IMG/VR virus record: IMGVR_UViG_3300025809_001850
Reading direction: 5' to 3' (one strand)
DNA length: 64,000 bases
DNA from: a virus
Taxonomy: Duplodnaviria > Caudoviricetes
The position numbers were made by a program, and so were the translations under genes. The notes below the pieces were generated by a model, which was not told where the DNA came from, did no database searches, and saw nothing but the letters and a program-made list of their open reading frames with translations. Position 1 is the first letter of the stretch, and the number at the start of each line of letters is the position of its first letter. Shown piece after piece: positions 20,700 to 30,899 of the stretch.

Positions 20700-21428
20700 A
20701 TGAGTGATAAAAATCCATTTGACTATTTTGACAAGATATTTTGCATAAATCTTGATTCTCGTCCTGATAGATGGGAACAAGTGCAGAAAGAGTTTGACAA
20801 AGTTGGAATTCTTAACAGAGTTGAGAGGTTTTCTGCACTCACTGGTAAAACAGAGGGGGGACCACAAGGCAAGAACGTAAGAGGTTGGTTAAAGTGGAAA
20901 AACGTGGACGGAAACAATTTGAGCAATATGTCGTGCATCAAGTATGCCAAGGAAAACAATTTGAACAATGTATTGATATTTGAAGATGACATTTATTTTC
21001 GTTGGTGGAACAAAGAACGATTTCAAAAAATCATAGACACACTTTCAGAGCAACAATGGAGATTGTTCTTTTTCGGTGGAACAATCGATAAACGTGACCA
21101 CAATCCTCCGTTTAATAAAATTTCTGATGAATTATACAACATCCACCTTCCTCTGTTTGGAACAAGTTCCTACGCAGTTCATTCATCAACATACGATGCG
21201 ATTCTTAACAACAGATACTTTAAAGTAGACTGGAGTATTCCTGATGTCGTTAAACATCATCGCAGAATTTGGAATCTTGATGTATTGCTTGGGCGAAAGT
21301 TTGATGGTAAATATACGATGCGAGAACCAATGTGCTTGCAGATTGCAGATTATAGTGAAGTAAGTGACGGAGAAACCGACCACCATGCAACCGCAGTTGA
21401 TAGATATAAGGAGTTATTTGGTGAATGA
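20700..21428 (+). CDS. glycosyltransferase family 25
   Basis: FCINLDSRPDRW, VERFSA, VLIFEDD, TSSYAVH. Confidence 0.85.
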   Translation: MSDKNPFDYFDKIFCINLDSRPDRWEQVQKEFDKVGILNRVERFSALTGKTEGGPQGKNVRGWLKWKNVDGNNLSNMSCIKYAKENNLNNVLIFEDDIYFRWWNKERFQKIIDTLSEQQWRLFFFGGTIDKRDHNPPFNKISDELYNIHLPLFGTSSYAVHSSTYDAILNNRYFKVDWSIPDVVKHHRRIWNLDVLLGRKFDGKYTMREPMCLQIADYSEVSDGETDHHATAVDRYKELFGE

Positions 21429-21973
21429 ATAAAAAAATCGCAATAATACAAACAAGTCCGCAACGTTCCGCAAGCACTTTGCTGATGAATGCTATTCTTG
21501 GGTTTATACTACCAAATCAATTTGCATATTATGTGGATGCACCCGGTAAAAAGACGCAACTTTCACGGGCAAAGTCTGCAATGGAAAATCCATTTATAAT
21601 AAAAAGTCACGCATGGAGTGTACAAAATAAATGGCAAAGGTATTTAAAAGATTATGAATGTTATTTTATAGCATCTGAACGCAGAGAGTTGGGTTTAAAT
21701 GTTGATATAACAAATGATAGAACATTAGTTATTCCATTTGAGATGTTACTTGAAACTCCATCTTATTCATTAGATGAAATCGTTGATCAGTTGTACAAGA
21801 AATTTTTAAACTTTTTACCGAAACAACTCACTCTTGATAAGAAAGATTGCGTAAAAAGACTCAGAGGTATGAACGATATGACTCGTAAAATGAGTAACAA
21901 AAGTTTTTCAGACTATGATCTTTTTTACGGCATACATGGTGGTCACCGAAATCGTGGAGGTAAAAATTTTTAA
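21425..21973 (+). CDS. sulfotransferase-like protein
   Basis: QTSPQRSASTLL (PSB-like), IKSH, IASER; short and divergent. Confidence 0.5.
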   Translation: MNKKIAIIQTSPQRSASTLLMNAILGFILPNQFAYYVDAPGKKTQLSRAKSAMENPFIIKSHAWSVQNKWQRYLKDYECYFIASERRELGLNVDITNDRTLVIPFEMLLETPSYSLDEIVDQLYKKFLNFLPKQLTLDKKDCVKRLRGMNDMTRKMSNKSFSDYDLFYGIHGGHRNRGGKNF

Positions 21974-22804
21974 TTGTTTTGTCAAGTGAAATATTTAACT
22001 GCAAAATTTGATTCTGGTACAAATGACGGTGCGACTTCACAAATGCACCGTAGACTATCAATCTGGGCATATTGCAAACTAAATAGTATTCAGTATGTTC
22101 ACACCCCATTTTTTACAACTGAGCATAATTACAATAATGATCCTAAGTTTGAAGACAAATGGGAAACTTTTTTTAATTTAGGTGACGGTGAATTGTCATT
22201 AAATGAAATCAATGAGTCTGAGTTAAATTACGAACCCTTTATGTCACACTATTTTAATCAACATGGTGTGGATTTATATGACAATGTGCGTGATGAATAT
22301 CGTGAAAAATATTTTAAAACGGAAAAACCAAAACTTGTTTATGATGAAAATTGCATGAATGTTGCAGTTCATGTAAGACGAGGCGATATTCTTGGTAAAC
22401 ACAGATTCAGGCAATTTGGTTTGTCAGATGATTATTATATTTCCGTCATGAAAAAACTTAACAAGGAATCAAAAGAAAACAGTGATAAAAAAATTAAGTT
22501 TTATGTATTTTCGGAATACAAAACACATACCAACAAACAACTTGGTGTAAATCTTAAAACCGGTAAGTGGGGCAACTACAATAAAACATTGTTTGACAAT
22601 TTTAAGAACTTGGATTTGGACTTAGAACTTATATTAAATGGATGTCCGTTTTCGGATTTTCACCATTTAATGATAGCAGATATTTTGGTAACAAGTAAAA
22701 GTTATTTTTCGTATGTACCTGCGTTAATGACAAAGAGTAAGGTAATATTTCATGATTGGGGAAATTATGCTTTACCGAAATCGTATTGGGAAGTGAATAA
22801 ATGA
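21974..22804 (+). CDS. fucosyltransferase-like glycosyltransferase
   Basis: VAVHVRRGD, FYVFSE, FHHLMIADILVTSKSYFSY; TTG start. Confidence 0.65.
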   Translation: MFCQVKYLTAKFDSGTNDGATSQMHRRLSIWAYCKLNSIQYVHTPFFTTEHNYNNDPKFEDKWETFFNLGDGELSLNEINESELNYEPFMSHYFNQHGVDLYDNVRDEYREKYFKTEKPKLVYDENCMNVAVHVRRGDILGKHRFRQFGLSDDYYISVMKKLNKESKENSDKKIKFYVFSEYKTHTNKQLGVNLKTGKWGNYNKTLFDNFKNLDLDLELILNGCPFSDFHHLMIADILVTSKSYFSYVPALMTKSKVIFHDWGNYALPKSYWEVNK

Positions 22805-23727
22805 AAAAACACTTTATAATCAAATCGGGTGACGAAAACGCAGGATTCACTGCATACATAAAGTTTGCTTTAAATGGCATTCTTTATGCGGAGCAACACG
22901 ATTTGATTCCCGTTGTCAACTTTGACAATTCAATTCGCAATTTCTTTTACGAAGAATCTTACGGAGAAAATACATGGGAATATTATTTTGAACCAGTTGC
23001 GAAGATTTCATATGCAGATGTGACCGAGAACAATTTATCAAAGTGTACACTGAAGGATAGACAATTCCGTAATCAGAACTCACATCCGAATCCTGATCGT
23101 GTTGATACGTTTTGGAAAAGTGATAGAAAAATTGGTGGAGATGAACATAAAGGTGATCCAAAAAATTGGTTAGAAAGCAAACGTAAGATTGCACGTGAAT
23201 TGATGAGAAAGTATGTTGTTGTAAAACCACACATTCAAAAAATCGTGGACAACTTCGTTGATGAAAATTTTAATAACAAGAATGTTATAGGTTGCCATGT
23301 CCGTGGAACTGACTTTGCCTATGCCACCGCAACTTCAGTTGAAAAATATTTTGAGATATTAGATACGCAAAAAGATGTATACATTTTTCTTGCAACTGAC
23401 CAAACCCAATATGTTGACTTGTTTAAAGAACGATACGGAACTGAAAAAGTTTTAACATACGATAGTTTGCGAAGTGATAATGATGTAGCTGCGTTTGAAC
23501 TTGAAAACGGAAGTCCATATAAAAAAGGAGAAGATGTATTAATTGACACATTGCTTTTAAGTAGAACAAATTCAATTATCAAGTGTGCAGCTGCTGGTGG
23601 TGAGTTTGCTTTATGGTTCAATGAAAATCTTAAAGTCCTTCACGACTTTGCATTAGAAAGTCAATTTCAAAAGGGTGGTCATTGGAATCGTGAAAATACT
23701 GCATTTCAAAGACTTAAAATAAATTAA
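22801..23727 (+). CDS. NodZ/O-fucosyltransferase-like glycosyltransferase
   Basis: NTWEYYFEPV, IGCHVRGTD, IFLATD, IDTLLLSRT. Confidence 0.75.
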   Translation: MKKHFIIKSGDENAGFTAYIKFALNGILYAEQHDLIPVVNFDNSIRNFFYEESYGENTWEYYFEPVAKISYADVTENNLSKCTLKDRQFRNQNSHPNPDRVDTFWKSDRKIGGDEHKGDPKNWLESKRKIARELMRKYVVVKPHIQKIVDNFVDENFNNKNVIGCHVRGTDFAYATATSVEKYFEILDTQKDVYIFLATDQTQYVDLFKERYGTEKVLTYDSLRSDNDVAAFELENGSPYKKGEDVLIDTLLLSRTNSIIKCAAAGGEFALWFNENLKVLHDFALESQFQKGGHWNRENTAFQRLKIN

Positions 23728-23747
23728 ATATATTATATTTATAGAGT

Positions 23748-24443
23748 ATGGGGGATTTATTAAAAATGTTTGACGGAATTGTGTGTATTTGCATGGATTC
23801 TGAAGAAGATAAATGGCAATCACATTGTGCGCCTCAATTTCAGAAACTTGGATGTTTGGATAGAGTAATTCGATACAAAAGTTTGAAAATTAAAGATGGT
23901 TCGGATATTAGAAAAAAATACAAAGGTACGACTTTTGCACACTATAATGCAATAAAATTATGCCAAGAAAAAAACTTTAAAAATCCTTTAATACTAGAAT
24001 CAGACTTTTGGTTCGTCTCAATGAATTCTGAAAATGAAATAGAAAGACTTGACGATGATAGTAATTTTATTGATAAATCATTTATGGATGCGAAAACTAA
24101 AAATTGGAAATTGTTTTCACTTGGTGGACTCATAAGAAAACTAATTTCAATTGAAAGTGATTATCTTTTTCGAGTGTGGAGAGAGCATTCTCATGCTTAT
24201 TGTATAAATGGAAACTATTATGATGACGTATTATCAACAATTGGCAAAAAATTAAATAAACCAATTGATTGGATTTATACAAAAAAGAAATTTGGTGGGG
24301 ACTTAAGATATTATAGTTATATGACATCTAAATTACTTGTTGTTCAGAAATGGGGTAAACTTGAAAGAAAAAGGAGACGTCATGCAAGAAAGATGTGGGG
24401 ACGAAGAACACTAAACTTTAAACCAAATAAACCTGAGGAATAA
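23748..24443 (+). CDS. divergent GT25-like protein
   Basis: FDGIVCI, LILESDF, LFSLGG, SHAYCIN. Confidence 0.6.
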   Translation: MGDLLKMFDGIVCICMDSEEDKWQSHCAPQFQKLGCLDRVIRYKSLKIKDGSDIRKKYKGTTFAHYNAIKLCQEKNFKNPLILESDFWFVSMNSENEIERLDDDSNFIDKSFMDAKTKNWKLFSLGGLIRKLISIESDYLFRVWREHSHAYCINGNYYDDVLSTIGKKLNKPIDWIYTKKKFGGDLRYYSYMTSKLLVVQKWGKLERKRRRHARKMWGRRTLNFKPNKPEE

Positions 24444-24484
24444 ATGGGAAGACCACAGAATAAAGAAAAACTAAATAAAGAACA

Positions 24485-25114
24485 ATGATCTATACACATA
24501 TACCATATACACCAAACGAACATGGAACTAATTTAGGTTATTCCTATAATAAATTTATGGAGATTCTTCCAAATGATGACGATTGGGGATGCTTTCTAGA
24601 CCACGATGCGATGTTCACGACATCAACTTGGTATAATCAAATATCCGAAATTGTTGAGAAGAATCCTGATATAGGTGCATTTGGAGCAAGAACAAATAGA
24701 ATTGCAAAAAAATATCAACTTGTTGGAAATATTGATCCACATAATCATGACATCACATACCACAGGAAAATAGGAAACTATTTGCAAAATACTTACTATG
24801 ATGACATCTTGCATATCAACAGAAAAACACGTCCAAAGGGATTTGGTGGAGTTTTCATTTTGCTAAAGAAAAGTGCGTGGAAGATTATAGGTGGATTTAA
24901 GAAAACAGGATTTACAGGGGTCGATGATGATTTGAGAAGTAGATTACATCATGCAAAAATTCCGTTTCATATTATGAATGGGTTGTATGTGTATCACTGG
25001 TATCGTGCAGATAATCCATATTCTCATGGTCAAAGAAGAATGGCAAAGATAAACAAGTTTTACCAAAAATACAATAAAGAAAATTTTGATTTAGATAAGA
25101 TATTTTTGTATTAA
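24485..25114 (+). CDS. GT2-like glycosyltransferase
   Basis: LGYSYN, CFLDHDAMF, IGGFK..GVDDD, VYHWYR. Confidence 0.65.
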   Translation: MIYTHIPYTPNEHGTNLGYSYNKFMEILPNDDDWGCFLDHDAMFTTSTWYNQISEIVEKNPDIGAFGARTNRIAKKYQLVGNIDPHNHDITYHRKIGNYLQNTYYDDILHINRKTRPKGFGGVFILLKKSAWKIIGGFKKTGFTGVDDDLRSRLHHAKIPFHIMNGLYVYHWYRADNPYSHGQRRMAKINKFYQKYNKENFDLDKIFLY

Positions 25115-25121
25115 AAATAAA

Positions 25122-25976
25122 ATGAAAGGACTAATATTAGCAGGAGGAAGTGGTACTCGTTTGTATCCAACAACGAGTGTAGCAAGCAAGCAATTGCTTA
25201 TGCTTTACGATAAACCAATGATTTACTATTCGTTGTCGAGTTTATTAAGATTCGGTATCAACGAAATATGTATAATCTCTAACGACATCGGGTTGAGATT
25301 TTTCCGCAAACTTTTTGGTGATGGAAAAAAGTTCGGATGCAAATTTGAGTATGTTCATCAGGAAAAAAGCAACGGAATCGCAGAAGCATTTATTCTTGCG
25401 GAAGACTTTATTAAAAATGATCCTGTGTGTTTGATTTTGGGTGACAACTTTTTTCATGCTTCAAATAAATTCTTTGAAATTGAAACGCCGATAAAAGGAG
25501 GAACAGTGTTTGCTTATCGTGTGGAAGATCCAGAAAGATACGGAGTTGTTGAATTTGATAAAAATAAGATTGCATTGAGTATTGAAGAAAAACCAAAGAA
25601 ACCCAAAAGCAATTATGCAGTTACTGGATTATATTTCTACGACAATGATGTGGTGGAGATTTCCAAGAATTTAAAACCATCGGATCGTGGTGAACTTGAA
25701 ATTACAGACGTCAACAATGTGTATTTGGAACGAGGTGATCTTAAAGTAAAAGTAATGCCCAATGGAAGTGCGTGGTTAGACGCAGGAACTGCTGAAAGTT
25801 TCTTTGATACATCTTCGTATATTCGCACCATTCAAAGAAGGCAAGGAGTGTGTATAGGATGCTTAGAAAGCATTTGCCTAGAGCAAAACTTTATTGATGT
25901 TCAGCAATATGATCGTTTATTAAGAAAAATTCCGAAATCTTCATATAAAGATGCTTTGCGTGGAAAGTTTTTATGA
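25122..25976 (+). CDS. rmlA: glucose-1-phosphate thymidylyltransferase
   Basis: KGLILAGGSGTRLYP, SKQLL.LYDKPM, LILGDN, YGVVEF, EKPK.PKSNYAVTGLYFY, RGELEITD, WLDAGT. Confidence 0.93.
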   Translation: MKGLILAGGSGTRLYPTTSVASKQLLMLYDKPMIYYSLSSLLRFGINEICIISNDIGLRFFRKLFGDGKKFGCKFEYVHQEKSNGIAEAFILAEDFIKNDPVCLILGDNFFHASNKFFEIETPIKGGTVFAYRVEDPERYGVVEFDKNKIALSIEEKPKKPKSNYAVTGLYFYDNDVVEISKNLKPSDRGELEITDVNNVYLERGDLKVKVMPNGSAWLDAGTAESFFDTSSYIRTIQRRQGVCIGCLESICLEQNFIDVQQYDRLLRKIPKSSYKDALRGKFL

Positions 25977-26752
25977 ATAAAAAAACATTAATAACATTTA
26001 TTCACTATGATCGTGGTGATAAAGAAATACTTTATAGAGAAAACTTAAATTTTTTTCAAAAAAATGGTGTAATTGAAAACGAAAATTATCATTATAAATT
26101 TGTGATAAATAGTGAAACTGGTATAGAAAATATTATTCCAAGAAAAAATGTTTCTGCAATTCAAGGACACAACAAAGGATATGACTTTGGTGCTTACAAA
26201 CAATCAATTGATTCTGTAAATATAAATGATTTTGATTATTTTATTTTTATAAATGATACTTGTCGTGGTCCTTTTGTTGCTGATTATGTTCCTTCAAGTT
26301 TAACTTGGGTTGATATGTTTTTGGATAAAATAGATGATAAAGTAAAAATGGTAGGACCTACTTGGTGGAATTTGAGAAAAAATAGGTATGTAGAAAAGAA
26401 GTTCGGGTGCAAACGCGGGCAGGGAACACATATTCAAAGTTATTGTTTCGGTGTAGATAAAATAGCATTAAATCTATTGCTAAAAAATAATAAATTTGAT
26501 ACAGAAAATAAAGAAAGAAATCAAGTCATAGGTGAACACGAAATTGGATGTAGTAGGTTGTTAATAGAAAACGGATACAAAATCAGACCATTTCAAATGT
26601 CAAAATATGATTGTGGTGAAACTGGAGATGTAGTCTTTCCCGACCAATATTTTGGTACAACACTAAATCCATTTGAAATTATGTTTATTAAAACAAATAG
26701 AATCAACAATCAAATCGTTAAAAACTATACAAACTGGTTTATGCAAAAATAA
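25973..26752 (+). CDS. rhamnan synthesis RgpF-like protein
   Basis: GYDFGAY, FINDTCRGPF, HIQSYCF, EIGCSRL, PFEIMFIK. Confidence 0.55.
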   Translation: MNKKTLITFIHYDRGDKEILYRENLNFFQKNGVIENENYHYKFVINSETGIENIIPRKNVSAIQGHNKGYDFGAYKQSIDSVNINDFDYFIFINDTCRGPFVADYVPSSLTWVDMFLDKIDDKVKMVGPTWWNLRKNRYVEKKFGCKRGQGTHIQSYCFGVDKIALNLLLKNNKFDTENKERNQVIGEHEIGCSRLLIENGYKIRPFQMSKYDCGETGDVVFPDQYFGTTLNPFEIMFIKTNRINNQIVKNYTNWFMQK

Positions 26753-26814
26753 AAAAATCTTCATACAAAGATGCTTTAATAGGAAAGTTTTTATAATAAC
26801 TCATATTTATTATT

Positions 26815-27699
26815 ATGATATTATTAATAGGTGGTACAGGATACATCGGACTTAAATTTCAGGAGATTTTGTCTTCACGAAACATTGAGTTTAGAAATCT
26901 TTCAAGAAGTGAAGTTGATTATTATGATTTCAAAACATTGAACGATGTAATTGTTAATGCAAAACCTGAGTTTGTATTAAACGCAGGAGGTTTCACAGGA
27001 AAACCAAATGTTGATCAATGCGAAATCAACAAAAGTGGAACTATCATTGGGAATGTTCTTCTTCCTCAGATTCTTGGTCAAGTATGCGAACTTAACGATG
27101 TTCCTTTGGTTCATGTAAGCAGTGGTTGCATTTATGCGGGTGACAAAGGAGAAGATGCTAACGGAGATAAAATCGGTTTTACCGAAGACGATGTTCCAAA
27201 CTTTTCATACGATCAACCTCCTTGTAGTTTTTATAGTGGAAGCAAGGCACTTGGTGAAGAAATACTTTCCAAGTTTGAAAAGGTGTATACTTGCAGACTT
27301 AGAATTCCATTTGATGAGTTTGATTCTAATCGTAATTATTTATCCAAGATTCAAAGATACGACAAAGTTTACAACGCAGTTAACTCAATTTCACATCGTG
27401 AAGAATTTGTTAATGCTTGTCTTGATTTACCATTGAATAAATGCGACTATGGAATCTATAATGTAACCAATGGGGGATATGTGACAACCAAGCAAGTCGT
27501 TGAGTGTATGAAAAAGAAGTTTAAGTTGGAAAAGGAATTTGAATATTGGGAAGATGATTCAGAGTTTTATAGCAAAGGAGCAACTGCACCACGATCAAAT
27601 TGTGTGATGGACAATAGCAAATTATTAAACACAGGTATTAAAATGCGTTATTGTATGGATGCAATTGCGGATTCGTTTGACAAATGGGTAAAGGAGTAG
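26815..27699 (+). CDS. NDP-4-keto-6-deoxyglucose 3,5-epimerase/4-reductase (NRS/ER-like; RmlD-related SDR)
   Basis: GGTGYIG, GFTGKPNVDQCE, SSGCIY, GFTEDDVPNF, SFYSGSK, RLRIP, NYLSKI, GIYNVTN. Confidence 0.75.
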   Translation: MILLIGGTGYIGLKFQEILSSRNIEFRNLSRSEVDYYDFKTLNDVIVNAKPEFVLNAGGFTGKPNVDQCEINKSGTIIGNVLLPQILGQVCELNDVPLVHVSSGCIYAGDKGEDANGDKIGFTEDDVPNFSYDQPPCSFYSGSKALGEEILSKFEKVYTCRLRIPFDEFDSNRNYLSKIQRYDKVYNAVNSISHREEFVNACLDLPLNKCDYGIYNVTNGGYVTTKQVVECMKKKFKLEKEFEYWEDDSEFYSKGATAPRSNCVMDNSKLLNTGIKMRYCMDAIADSFDKWVKE

Positions 27700-28232
27700 A
27701 AAACGATATTACAAAGGGTAGACATTCTTATTTTAATGGCTATGTAACTTGGAATTTATTTAATCATAAATTGATTATTGGAAATTTTTCAAGTATAGCT
27801 GCAAAAGTAGAAATTATGCTATCAAACGGCAGAGGTCACGATATTAACAATGTTTCTACGTTTCCATTTGGTCATATTCACAAAGAAATCTTCCAAAATG
27901 TAGATCAAAAATCTAAAAACACAAATGGAGATGTTGTTATTGGAAGTGATGTATGGATTGGTGAAAATACCAAGATACTCAGTGGTGTTACAATCGGTGA
28001 TGGTGCAGTGATTGCAAATAATAGTCATGTAGTTAAAGATGTAGAACCATATTCAGTTGTCGGTGGAAATCCTGCAAAACATATCAAGTTTCGTTTTGAT
28101 GAAGAAACTATTAAAAAACTTCTTAAAATACAATGGTGGAATTGGGACGATGAAAAAATTCAGGAAAATGTGAACTTATTATGTAATGATGACATACAAA
28201 AGTTTGTAGATAAATTTTATAATGAAACCTAA
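27684..28232 (+). CDS. hexapeptide-repeat O-acetyltransferase (CatB/Vat-like)
   Basis: IIGNFSSIA, VSTFPF, IGSDVWIG, IGDGAVI, VVKDVEPYSVVGGNPAK.IK.RF. Confidence 0.85.
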   Translation: MGKGVENDITKGRHSYFNGYVTWNLFNHKLIIGNFSSIAAKVEIMLSNGRGHDINNVSTFPFGHIHKEIFQNVDQKSKNTNGDVVIGSDVWIGENTKILSGVTIGDGAVIANNSHVVKDVEPYSVVGGNPAKHIKFRFDEETIKKLLKIQWWNWDDEKIQENVNLLCNDDIQKFVDKFYNET

Positions 28233-29196
28233 AAACATATTAATAACAGGAGGTTGCGGATTCATCGGTTCAAATCTTGTTCTGCATCTTGCGAAGAAGT
28301 ATCCTAATTACAAGTTAATCAACTTGGATTTAATGACATATGCTTCTGACGCAAGTTATTTAAAAACGTTAAAAGACAATCCAAATTATTTACTCGTGAA
28401 AGGAGATATTCGTGATGAAAACTTGGTCAATTCACTTTTTGATGAACACAACATTGATTCAGTAATTCACCTTGCAGCCGAATCACACGTAGACAATAGC
28501 ATCAAACGACCATTGGACTTCGTTACAACGAATGTGGTCGGAACTTGCGTATTGCTTGAGGTTTTCCGTAGAAAATGCACAGGAAGGTTTCATTACGTGT
28601 CCACCGATGAAATCTATGGAACACTCGGCAAAGAAGGTCTGTTCACCGAGACCACTCCTCTTGCTCCGAATAGTCCGTATAGTGCAAGCAAGGCAAGTGG
28701 GAACTTTTTCGTAGACGCATATTACGAGACTTACGATTTGAATGTAATTACAACAAGTTGCAGTAACAATTATGGTCCACATCAGCATCGTGAGAAACTA
28801 ATTCCAACGATTGTTCGTACTGCGATTGCAGGAAAGAATATTCCAATTTACGGAAACGGAGACAACGTGAGAGATTGGTTGTTTGTAGAAGATCATTGTG
28901 TTGCGATTGATGAAGTATTTCACAACGGAAAAATCGGTGACATATATAACGTGGGTGGAGACAAAGAACTCAACAATCTTGAACTTGCAAATAAAATCTG
29001 TGATATTCTTGATGAATTAAAACCCAAAACAACAAAATACTCCAAACAACTAACGTTTGTTGAAGATCGTAAAGGACATGATTTCAGATACGCAGTTGAT
29101 TTCAGCAAAATCCATAACGAATTAAATTGGAATCCCACGAAGGATTTTGAAGGAAAGTTGCGTGAGACAATAGCATGGTGCATCAAAAATTTGTAA
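28222..29196 (+). CDS. rmlB: dTDP-glucose 4,6-dehydratase
   Basis: TGGCGFIG, HLAAESHVD, VSTDEIYG, SPYSASK, CSNNYGP, NVRDWLFVEDH, DRKGHDFRY. Confidence 0.93.
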   Translation: MKPKNILITGGCGFIGSNLVLHLAKKYPNYKLINLDLMTYASDASYLKTLKDNPNYLLVKGDIRDENLVNSLFDEHNIDSVIHLAAESHVDNSIKRPLDFVTTNVVGTCVLLEVFRRKCTGRFHYVSTDEIYGTLGKEGLFTETTPLAPNSPYSASKASGNFFVDAYYETYDLNVITTSCSNNYGPHQHREKLIPTIVRTAIAGKNIPIYGNGDNVRDWLFVEDHCVAIDEVFHNGKIGDIYNVGGDKELNNLELANKICDILDELKPKTTKYSKQLTFVEDRKGHDFRYAVDFSKIHNELNWNPTKDFEGKLRETIAWCIKNL

Positions 29197-29214
29197 TATA
29201 TATTATATTTAAGA

Positions 29215-30888
29215 ATGATGGATGAAATTAAAACGGCAGTTTATGCGTATTGGGCAAAACCATTTGCAGAAAAAAACGTTTATAGTAATTTCCAACGCAA
29301 AAACGATTTGCTTGTTTCATTAAAACTGAGTGTTGAGCAATCAAGAAAGTTTTTTGACAAGATTGTATTTTATGGAGATCACGAAGCAATTTCTCAGATT
29401 TGTAAAATCATTGAGTTTGATGAAATATACGATGACATTGAAGAATTAAATCAAAAAAATATTCCTGATTATTTTTATTCTTTGCCCAAGGCAATCGTAT
29501 GCGAAAAAATGCGAGAACCATTCGTGTTACTTGAAAATGATTTTTATTTGTGGGAAATTCCGTCCGAAAGCAAACTGTTAAATTCTGAATTAATTGTAGA
29601 AGATATGCACGTAACACCAGATGGTTACTATAAAGAAATATCTAATATGAAATCAGACGGATTAAATACTCGTCCAAGGTGGTATCGTTTTGCAAACAAA
29701 GGAGAATTTAAAATACCAAGCAAAGGCATTTACGGAGGAACAAACATCAAGTTCATTAATGAACACGCAGCTGAAGTAATTAAGTTAACAACTAATCCTG
29801 AAAATTTATCAAGATTTCAAGTTGAGAATGCAAATAAATCTTACAAAAATACGCACTTGGTTTATGATCTTTGGTATTGCGGAGCAAAAATTGATACACA
29901 CAAAATAGAACCATTTAATGTTCGTGTGAGTGATGTAAAATACACTCATTTGTATTCAGATAAAAAGAATGATCCTGATGTAATCATTAAATTATACCAA
30001 CGAGTCAAAAAAGATTTGCCGGAATTTATGAATTCAATAAAAAGCAAAGAAAGTTCCGTGTTTGATCCTCTTTCAGATTATGATTATTTTATTGAACCAA
30101 TCAAAGGAATTGATAATGTTCCGTGTGGTAAAAAGAAATTGACTTTCGTTATGGCATTAATGAATCGTTCGCATCAAATTGAACAAACCTTATTAAAAAA
30201 TCTTGAAGATAATTGGGAAGACCGTGATGATATAGAGTTTCTTCTGATGGATGTAAACAGTAAAGACGGATTTAGAAATTGGATTCGTGAACAAAATTTA
30301 GAAAAATACATTGAGTGTGGTTATTTGAGATACTATGAAACTGAAATACTTGATCAATGGCACGCTAGCATAGGCAAAAACACCGCAACACATCAAGCAC
30401 GTGGAACAATAGTGGTTACATTAGACTGCGATAATTTTACAGGCTATCGTGGTGGTAGATTTGTGATAACGCAGTTTGAACAAAATGATTACAATTGCGT
30501 AGTACATCAATATGATTGGAAACCCCAAAACGGAAACTTTGGAAGAATTGCATTAACCAAAAAGAAATTCAATGAAATTGGTGGATACGATCAATCGTTA
30601 CTTCCTATGGGTTATCAAGATTGGGACATCATAAAACGTGCAGAAGCATCAGGATGCAAGTATGTTAATCCAACCGATGAAGAATTTAATCGTGCAATTA
30701 TGAATGAAGGTGGAAAAGAACTTAGTATGGCAAATCAAACAGATGTACACAAACAAATGGGATGGATTGAAATGAACCGTATCAACAAATTAAAGTGTCA
30801 TATCAATCTTTATCAGAAAAAACACAAAGCAAACGAAGGTTATTACGGAATTCGGTCTGACGTTCGCAATATTTATGGTGAAGAGTAA
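29215..30888 (+). CDS. two-domain protein: DUF6734-like N-terminus plus GT2/GT7-C glycosyltransferase
   Basis: N: YAYWAKP, LKLSV, PFVLLENDFYLW; C: ALMNRSHQ, VTLDCDN, GGYDQSL..GYQDWD. Confidence 0.6.
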   Translation: MMDEIKTAVYAYWAKPFAEKNVYSNFQRKNDLLVSLKLSVEQSRKFFDKIVFYGDHEAISQICKIIEFDEIYDDIEELNQKNIPDYFYSLPKAIVCEKMREPFVLLENDFYLWEIPSESKLLNSELIVEDMHVTPDGYYKEISNMKSDGLNTRPRWYRFANKGEFKIPSKGIYGGTNIKFINEHAAEVIKLTTNPENLSRFQVENANKSYKNTHLVYDLWYCGAKIDTHKIEPFNVRVSDVKYTHLYSDKKNDPDVIIKLYQRVKKDLPEFMNSIKSKESSVFDPLSDYDYFIEPIKGIDNVPCGKKKLTFVMALMNRSHQIEQTLLKNLEDNWEDRDDIEFLLMDVNSKDGFRNWIREQNLEKYIECGYLRYYETEILDQWHASIGKNTATHQARGTIVVTLDCDNFTGYRGGRFVITQFEQNDYNCVVHQYDWKPQNGNFGRIALTKKKFNEIGGYDQSLLPMGYQDWDIIKRAEASGCKYVNPTDEEFNRAIMNEGGKELSMANQTDVHKQMGWIEMNRINKLKCHINLYQKKHKANEGYYGIRSDVRNIYGEE

Positions 30889-30899
30889 TATATATTTAT

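Noticed and set aside
27684-28232. Antibiotic-resistance acetyltransferase (cat/vat)
   Set aside because: Hexapeptide fold is shared with sugar O-acetyltransferases and the gene is coupled between rhamnose-pathway genes
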